Under the pieces are notes generated by a model. That model searched no databases, was not told the DNA's origin, and saw only the letters and a list, made by a program, of their open reading frames with translations. A stretch of DNA of 64,000 bases, taken from IMG/VR virus record IMGVR_UViG_3300008050_000038, positions 4,268-68,267 of that record. One strand, 5' to 3'. Position 1 is the stretch's first letter. The number at the start of each line of letters is the position of its first letter. The position numbers and the translations under genes were made by a program. The stretch comes from a virus. This document shows, in pieces, positions 59,489 through 64,000 of the stretch.

Positions 59489-60276
59489 TAGAAAGGCAGA
59501 TCATCATCAGTAGTTCTTCCATTTGTTACAACTTCAGGAGAAGTCGTCCAGTCTTCTTCTTCTTTAATAGTATCTGGAGTAACTAGTGTAGCTGTTGCCA
59601 CATGTGTTCCCCACTTAAGATCCGCATTAAAATCAGCATTGAATGAACCGTAATCATCGTTAAGAGCTTTAATAAATAAGTCATCACGTTGAGGTTTTAC
59701 TCTACCAAAGTATTTAGTATATACTTGTTGGTATTTATCATCTTTAACACCTATAAGAACTCTAGCTTCATTTGTAGATAAACTTGAAACTAATGTTTTA
59801 ATTTCAGCTAAATCTCCATTTGCAATAGCAGAAATAGTGTCAAAATAAACTTCATCTCCTGATGCTACATTAGCCCACGCTTTAACAAAGTTAATAAGAG
59901 TTTCTTCACCTGTAAAAGCTTTTCTTTGTCCTTCTGATTTCCACCACTCATATGATGGAGCTTCTTCAGACCATGTTGATTGCCCAATATTATTCATCCA
60001 TTGGAATTTACCATTTTGGGATACTTTAGGTTTGTTCTGCATTAATATTTCTAATTTAAAATTACCGTCACTATTACTTAGCCAGAAAACAACTTTGTTG
60101 TATGATTCTCCACTAAATTCTACTGTGTAATTAGGTTCTTGTTTAACATTTATATCCATTGCATGTAATTCTGCCATTGTTGGATTTACTGCTTTAACAG
60201 TAACATTTGTTAAACCTGAGAAAGTTTTAATTCCTCCTACTACTTCTTCTGTACTTGCATTACTTTGTATTGCCAT
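59488..60276 (-). CDS. Putative single-stranded DNA-binding protein
   Basis: 262 aa with an acidic tail ending DDDLPF; it lies between primase and the Sak4-like gene. Confidence 0.65.
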   Translation of the reverse strand: MAIQSNASTEEVVGGIKTFSGLTNVTVKAVNPTMAELHAMDINVKQEPNYTVEFSGESYNKVVFWLSNSDGNFKLEILMQNKPKVSQNGKFQWMNNIGQSTWSEEAPSYEWWKSEGQRKAFTGEETLINFVKAWANVASGDEVYFDTISAIANGDLAEIKTLVSSLSTNEARVLIGVKDDKYQQVYTKYFGRVKPQRDDLFIKALNDDYGSFNADFNADLKWGTHVATATLVTPDTIKEEEDWTTSPEVVTNGRTTDDDLPF

Positions 60277-60303
60277 AATTAATTTATTTTATTGGTTTTT
60301 AAT

Positions 60304-60813
60304 TTATAATTCGAACGTATCATCGTCCATTTCTAGTTCTTCTTCTTGATCATCTGTATCAGACATAGCATCACCATTAGGTATACCTGTTATCTCTGGA
60401 GTGTCTACTGCAGCTTTTAATAAAGTTTCTTCTGGAGTTTCATACTCAGTAGGACTCAACATTTCTACAATAGCCTCTTGTGTCTCTTGCATTTGACTTT
60501 TAACTTCTTCAACTGTCTCAATAGCTTCGTCGATAGCTTCTTCTAAAGTTACTTGATTAGGATCTACATACTCTTCATTTTCTGTAGTCATATCATCAAC
60601 AAAACTAAAAGATAAAGCTTTCTTTCTACTAGGTCTTCTACCTTTAAGAAGTGGATGTTTGAACATTTCGTCTACTTCCCATGGTTTAATATTGTATTTG
60701 ATAGCCATATCTGCTTTAGCTACACCATCTTTAAGATCTTGATCGATCATAGAGACAGTAATTTGTTCAGGAGTTTCACCCGCTTTTACTGTTGTTTTTC
60801 GTGCGTTAATCAT
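60304..60813 (-). CDS. Hypothetical protein, HTH-like N-terminus with highly acidic tail
   Basis: DLKDGVAKADMAIKYNIKPWEVDEMFKHP followed by a Glu/Asp-rich C-terminal half. Confidence 0.6.
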   Translation of the reverse strand: MINARKTTVKAGETPEQITVSMIDQDLKDGVAKADMAIKYNIKPWEVDEMFKHPLLKGRRPSRKKALSFSFVDDMTTENEEYVDPNQVTLEEAIDEAIETVEEVKSQMQETQEAIVEMLSPTEYETPEETLLKAAVDTPEITGIPNGDAMSDTDDQEEELEMDDDTFEL

Positions 60814-60823
60814 TTTTTTAATT

Positions 60824-61531
60824 TTAATCTATAAATATTTCTGACCATTTCATAGGGATAGTCTTGCCCTTTAGGTGTGCACATCTTGAACCAGCAGTTA
60901 TATCCTCGAGGGAATCAAATGAAACCATAGTCTCATCTCCTTCGCGGTAAATATAACCAACTGCATCCGCATTAGCACAAGTAATTTGCTTAATTTTTCC
61001 AGTTAAATCAAGATCCTTAACAGCAACCTCTTTCCCTTTCTTTTCAAGCATCTTATCTTTTAAGTGTCCAACTAAGATAATATGATCCGCCAGCTTATTC
61101 AGTTTATCTATCCATTCTTTGTAGGCCATTCTTAAATATAAGTAGCCAGCGCCATTAGGCAATGATAGTACTGATGCACCAGGGTTCTTCTGATCAAAGT
61201 TTTTACCCATAGGAGTCCTCATATAAATTTGTTTAGCGTAACTTTCACACCATTCTTCTAGCTTAGATATAGTATCTATAGCTATATATTTATAAGGCCT
61301 ACCTTTTTTCATAATTGCTGAACCAATAGCTTGCAAATCTTTCAAACTGTGTGCTTTAACTTTCAAAGCATCAATCATGTCTGAGCCATCCTCAAGATCT
61401 ATTATTAAACAATCATCTAATTGTGATAATACTGTAGTCTTACCTATCTTAGGTGGACCATATATTATCATGTTCTTTGGCGATTTACGGCTCGCCTTAA
61501 CCTTTTCCATAGGTAATTCCATAGTATCCAT
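60824..61531 (-). CDS. Sak4-like (AAA_24) ATPase / ssDNA annealing protein
   Basis: IIYGPPKIGKTT, IIDLEDG, IAIDTISKL, GAGY, ILVGH and ADAVGY. Confidence 0.85.
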   Translation of the reverse strand: MDTMELPMEKVKASRKSPKNMIIYGPPKIGKTTVLSQLDDCLIIDLEDGSDMIDALKVKAHSLKDLQAIGSAIMKKGRPYKYIAIDTISKLEEWCESYAKQIYMRTPMGKNFDQKNPGASVLSLPNGAGYLYLRMAYKEWIDKLNKLADHIILVGHLKDKMLEKKGKEVAVKDLDLTGKIKQITCANADAVGYIYREGDETMVSFDSLEDITAGSRCAHLKGKTIPMKWSEIFID

Positions 61532-61532
61532 A

Positions 61533-61691
61533 TTATTTAGTTTTTAATTTACTCCTTAACGTGTCTCTTCTAGACTGTAACCTTGACAATTCATCTTCGT
61601 TATTTTTGAATCTTTTCATTCTTTTGTCTGTTGAATTGATCTCGTTTAGGATTGCCAGTCTGGCTTTTTTCTTCCCGTTTCTTTTGCTCAT
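61533..61691 (-). CDS. Small 52-aa basic coiled-coil protein (not in ORF track)
   Basis: MSKRNGKKKARLAILNEINSTDKRMKRFKNNEDELSRLQSRRDTLRSKLKTK*. It stops 2 nt before the Sak4-like start. Confidence 0.6.
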   Translation of the reverse strand: MSKRNGKKKARLAILNEINSTDKRMKRFKNNEDELSRLQSRRDTLRSKLKTK

Positions 61692-61782
61692 AAAGTTTTA
61701 TATTTTTAATTAATTTTTCATCTGTAGTTAGCTCTCGTTTGAATATATTAAATATTCTAGCTTTCATAATTTTTCTAAACAT
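61600..61782 (-). CDS. Small basic hypothetical protein
   Basis: 60 aa, TAATG-coupled to the helicase stop; its 3' half overlaps the 61533-61691 ORF. Confidence 0.45.
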   Translation of the reverse strand: MFRKIMKARIFNIFKRELTTDEKLIKNIKLYEQKKREEKSQTGNPKRDQFNRQKNEKIQK

Positions 61783-62735
61783 TATTTCTTTCTTTCATTA
61801 ATAGTAAAAGTAGACATCTCTGCTTCATATGGTATCATACCCAACAAACCGTCACGATTTTTCTCAACATGCACAGCTAACAGTTTAACAGGGTCAGCTC
61901 CACAATATAAGTCTGTAATACCATACAAATCATGAGGGCGCTGCAGCATCATAACAACATGTGCGTCTTGGCCAATGCTGTCACCGCCAAACAAATCTGT
62001 TAATAGTGGCTGATATTGCGCCTTAGCACGATGTTCTTGCTCTATGTTACGATTTAACTGGGATAATAATATATTTATAGATCCCATTTTAGCTTGTAAC
62101 CACATACAACCTTTAGATACTTCGTTAAGTTTTTGTAACTCATGTTCTTTATCACTTAAGATAAGTCTCGAGTGATCAAACACATTAACTATAGTATGAT
62201 CTGGTTTTTTGTTTGTTATCTCAACATTAGCATTTTTAACAAATTCCATATTCCTAGGTATATTGTTAAAGTATATAGGATAGTGAGCATACTTGAGAAC
62301 CTCTTTCTTAAATGCTTCATAAGCATCTTGTTCTAATTTACGTTCTACTGATAATAATTCACTAACCTCTTTTCCTGTTCCTTTAGCACCAGCACGCATA
62401 ATCTGTTGATGGCCTGGCATCTCAAAACTCCAATATAATACAAGTAATTTCTTGTTTTTATTGTTATCTAATAAATCAAATATAAGTTGGTTACTAAATG
62501 CTGACTTACCTACGCCAGGTCGGCCAGCAATTACATACATTTTCCCTGGTTGTAAACCTCCAAGCAAATTTCTGTTTAATCTTTCCCATTTAGTAGGAAA
62601 TACTCGTCTTATTCCTTTTATACCGTCTTGCACTTGATATAAAGAAGCACTAATAGCTTTATTAATACTTTTAAATCCACTATCTTTAAAGGGATCTTGT
62701 AATTCTTTTGGTAGTTGTTCCTGTGTCATTTTCAT
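61782..62735 (-). CDS. dnaB: Replicative DnaB-like helicase
   Basis: GGLQPG...AGRPGVGKS, SFEM, FDH, LSQLNR, DL.GGDSIGQDA and KNRDG. Confidence 0.92.
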   Translation of the reverse strand: MKMTQEQLPKELQDPFKDSGFKSINKAISASLYQVQDGIKGIRRVFPTKWERLNRNLLGGLQPGKMYVIAGRPGVGKSAFSNQLIFDLLDNNKNKKLLVLYWSFEMPGHQQIMRAGAKGTGKEVSELLSVERKLEQDAYEAFKKEVLKYAHYPIYFNNIPRNMEFVKNANVEITNKKPDHTIVNVFDHSRLILSDKEHELQKLNEVSKGCMWLQAKMGSINILLSQLNRNIEQEHRAKAQYQPLLTDLFGGDSIGQDAHVVMMLQRPHDLYGITDLYCGADPVKLLAVHVEKNRDGLLGMIPYEAEMSTFTINERKK

Positions 62736-63231
62736 TTAAGTTTTCATACTTTTCCCAAGTATGGTTATTAATCCATGTTTCTAAGTTCTGCATATAACCT
62801 AAGCTATCTTCTTGTACTTTCAATTGTACTTTTAAAGCTTTAATTATTTTATTGTGTAAGTGTAGCTTTTTACCAACAACATTCTTATATCTTAATTTTG
62901 CTTTAGCATTGGTTTTAGCTTTAGGATCTGTAGCACATAGAACCCTTATTTGTGTTTTAACAGTTACTCTGTTAGGATACACAGATATTAACTCAGCAAA
63001 CATTGCTTCGAAGTTATTTGAAAACAAATTTTTATATTTGTCTGTAACTTCAAGGTCTGACTCAGTCCAATCAACTATATATCCGTCATCTTGCAATTGA
63101 GCCCAATTAACTTCTAGCCGTGTTTCTTGTAAATATGTGTATCCTTTTCTAAATACTAAATACAAGGCCACGTACTCGTCCGGAGACAAGCCAGTGGTCT
63201 TTAGTAATTCTAAATCTATATCTATTGTCAT
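62686..63231 (-). CDS. Hypothetical replication protein (initiator/helicase-loader-like)
   Basis: 181 aa overlapping dnaB; F.EL..VYP...YMQNLETWIN...WEKY resembles the C-termini of phage replisome organisers. Confidence 0.5.
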   Translation of the reverse strand: MTIDIDLELLKTTGLSPDEYVALYLVFRKGYTYLQETRLEVNWAQLQDDGYIVDWTESDLEVTDKYKNLFSNNFEAMFAELISVYPNRVTVKTQIRVLCATDPKAKTNAKAKLRYKNVVGKKLHLHNKIIKALKVQLKVQEDSLGYMQNLETWINNHTWEKYENLNENDTGTTTKRITRSL

Positions 63232-63247
63232 ATATTTTATATTATTT

Positions 63248-64000
63248 TTAAATTATCCAATTAACGTTATTAAGAGATTTAGTGGCATTTTTTAACCATT
63301 TCTCTTCCTGTGAATCTTTTACATATAATATGTAAATCTCACCTACTTTACCTTCTTGAAATCTAATAAGTCTACCTACACGTTGTATCATAGGGAGAGC
63401 TTTACTAGTAATACCACACATAATACCCATGTTAGCGTCTGGTATATCAAAGCCTTGATTAAGAGCTTTAGTTGAACATAAAACATTTATAGCTCCTGTT
63501 TTAAAATCTTCTAAAGCTTTTTCTCTTTGCTTTTTAGTTTTCTTAGAATGGTATGCAGCAGACAATGGGTCCACAGAAGCACATAACTCATCTGTAAAAT
63601 CATTAGCGCCGCTAAAAGCTAGTATTTTACTATCCATATTGTCAAATACTAATTTTTGAAACACAGCTACCTTATTAGATGCAAAATCTACTATTTTTTT
63701 ACGATCTCTAATAGCTTTGTAAAATAATACTGCTGCTTTCTTATCTGCAGGATGTGCACTCTTGTCTGCTAAGATTCTTTTAGCCTCATCAAAAGCATTA
63801 AACTGTCCAAGCTGATACTTATAATATACAAATGCATTGTTTATCTTTTTATACTCATCCTTCTCAGCAGGCGTAAGACTCAAAGCTTTACAATATATAT
63901 TATATGGAGCAACTATACCTTTAGCTACACATTGATCTAAAGTTATTTTATATCTAACAGGAGCCAAATCATACAACAATTCTCTATACTCTTCATCTTC
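63248..64000 (-). CDS. Superfamily 2 helicase, C-terminal part (continues beyond window)
   Basis: LCSTKALNQGFDIPDA and IQRVGRLIR (motifs V/VI). The frame is open to the window edge (EDEEYRELLYDLAP). Confidence 0.9.
   Translation of the reverse strand, partial: EDEEYRELLYDLAPVRYKITLDQCVAKGIVAPYNIYCKALSLTPAEKDEYKKINNAFVYYKYQLGQFNAFDEAKRILADKSAHPADKKAAVLFYKAIRDRKKIVDFASNKVAVFQKLVFDNMDSKILAFSGANDFTDELCASVDPLSAAYHSKKTKKQREKALEDFKTGAINVLCSTKALNQGFDIPDANMGIMCGITSKALPMIQRVGRLIRFQEGKVGEIYILYVKDSQEEKWLKNATKSLNNVNWII

Noticed and set aside
1-64000. Stop-codon reassignment as in some gut crAss-like phages
   Set aside because: Genes tile densely and at full length under the standard code. TAG (e.g. 13373-13375) and TGA (e.g. 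the primase end) act as real stops.

Overview
The window is an internal 64-kb segment of an AT-rich crAss-like (Crassvirales, phi14:2/crAss001-type) podophage genome. The host is most plausibly a Bacteroidota (Flavobacteriales-like) bacterium. The + strand (1-50174) is the virion block. It holds capsid-accessory and hub-like proteins, tail fibres, lysis genes, two ring/tube proteins, the muzzle (P22 gp10-like) protein, three ejected cargo proteins, a 4079-aa zincin + two-barrel virion RNA polymerase polyprotein (GSDYDIDK) and a 1736-aa zincin-like/PD-(D/E)xK protein. The - strand (50241-64000) converges on it and carries replication and repair genes: SF2 helicase, DnaB, Sak4-like ATPase, primase, phosphoesterase, endonuclease, SplB-like radical SAM, vWA-peptidase/MoxR and 5'-3' exonuclease. 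Five observations stand out. (1) A compact 6-gene host-envelope module (7577-12111) encodes an outer-membrane beta-barrel, small membrane proteins, an exported Cys-less thioredoxin fold and a Cys-repeat protein with a T9SS-type C-terminal sorting domain. (2) About 7,500 aa of ejected cargo contain only two cysteines, one at the very end of the RNAP polyprotein and one at the very start of the next protein, which suggests a head-to-tail disulfide link. (3) A recurring basic/aromatic-x-x-GG motif marks the internal virion proteins. (4) Host-adhesin (SprB-like, GCTD) and C1q-like domains are grafted into virion proteins. (5) Two intergenic elements look like structured RNAs. All calls come from reading motifs and gene order by eye; no searches were run.
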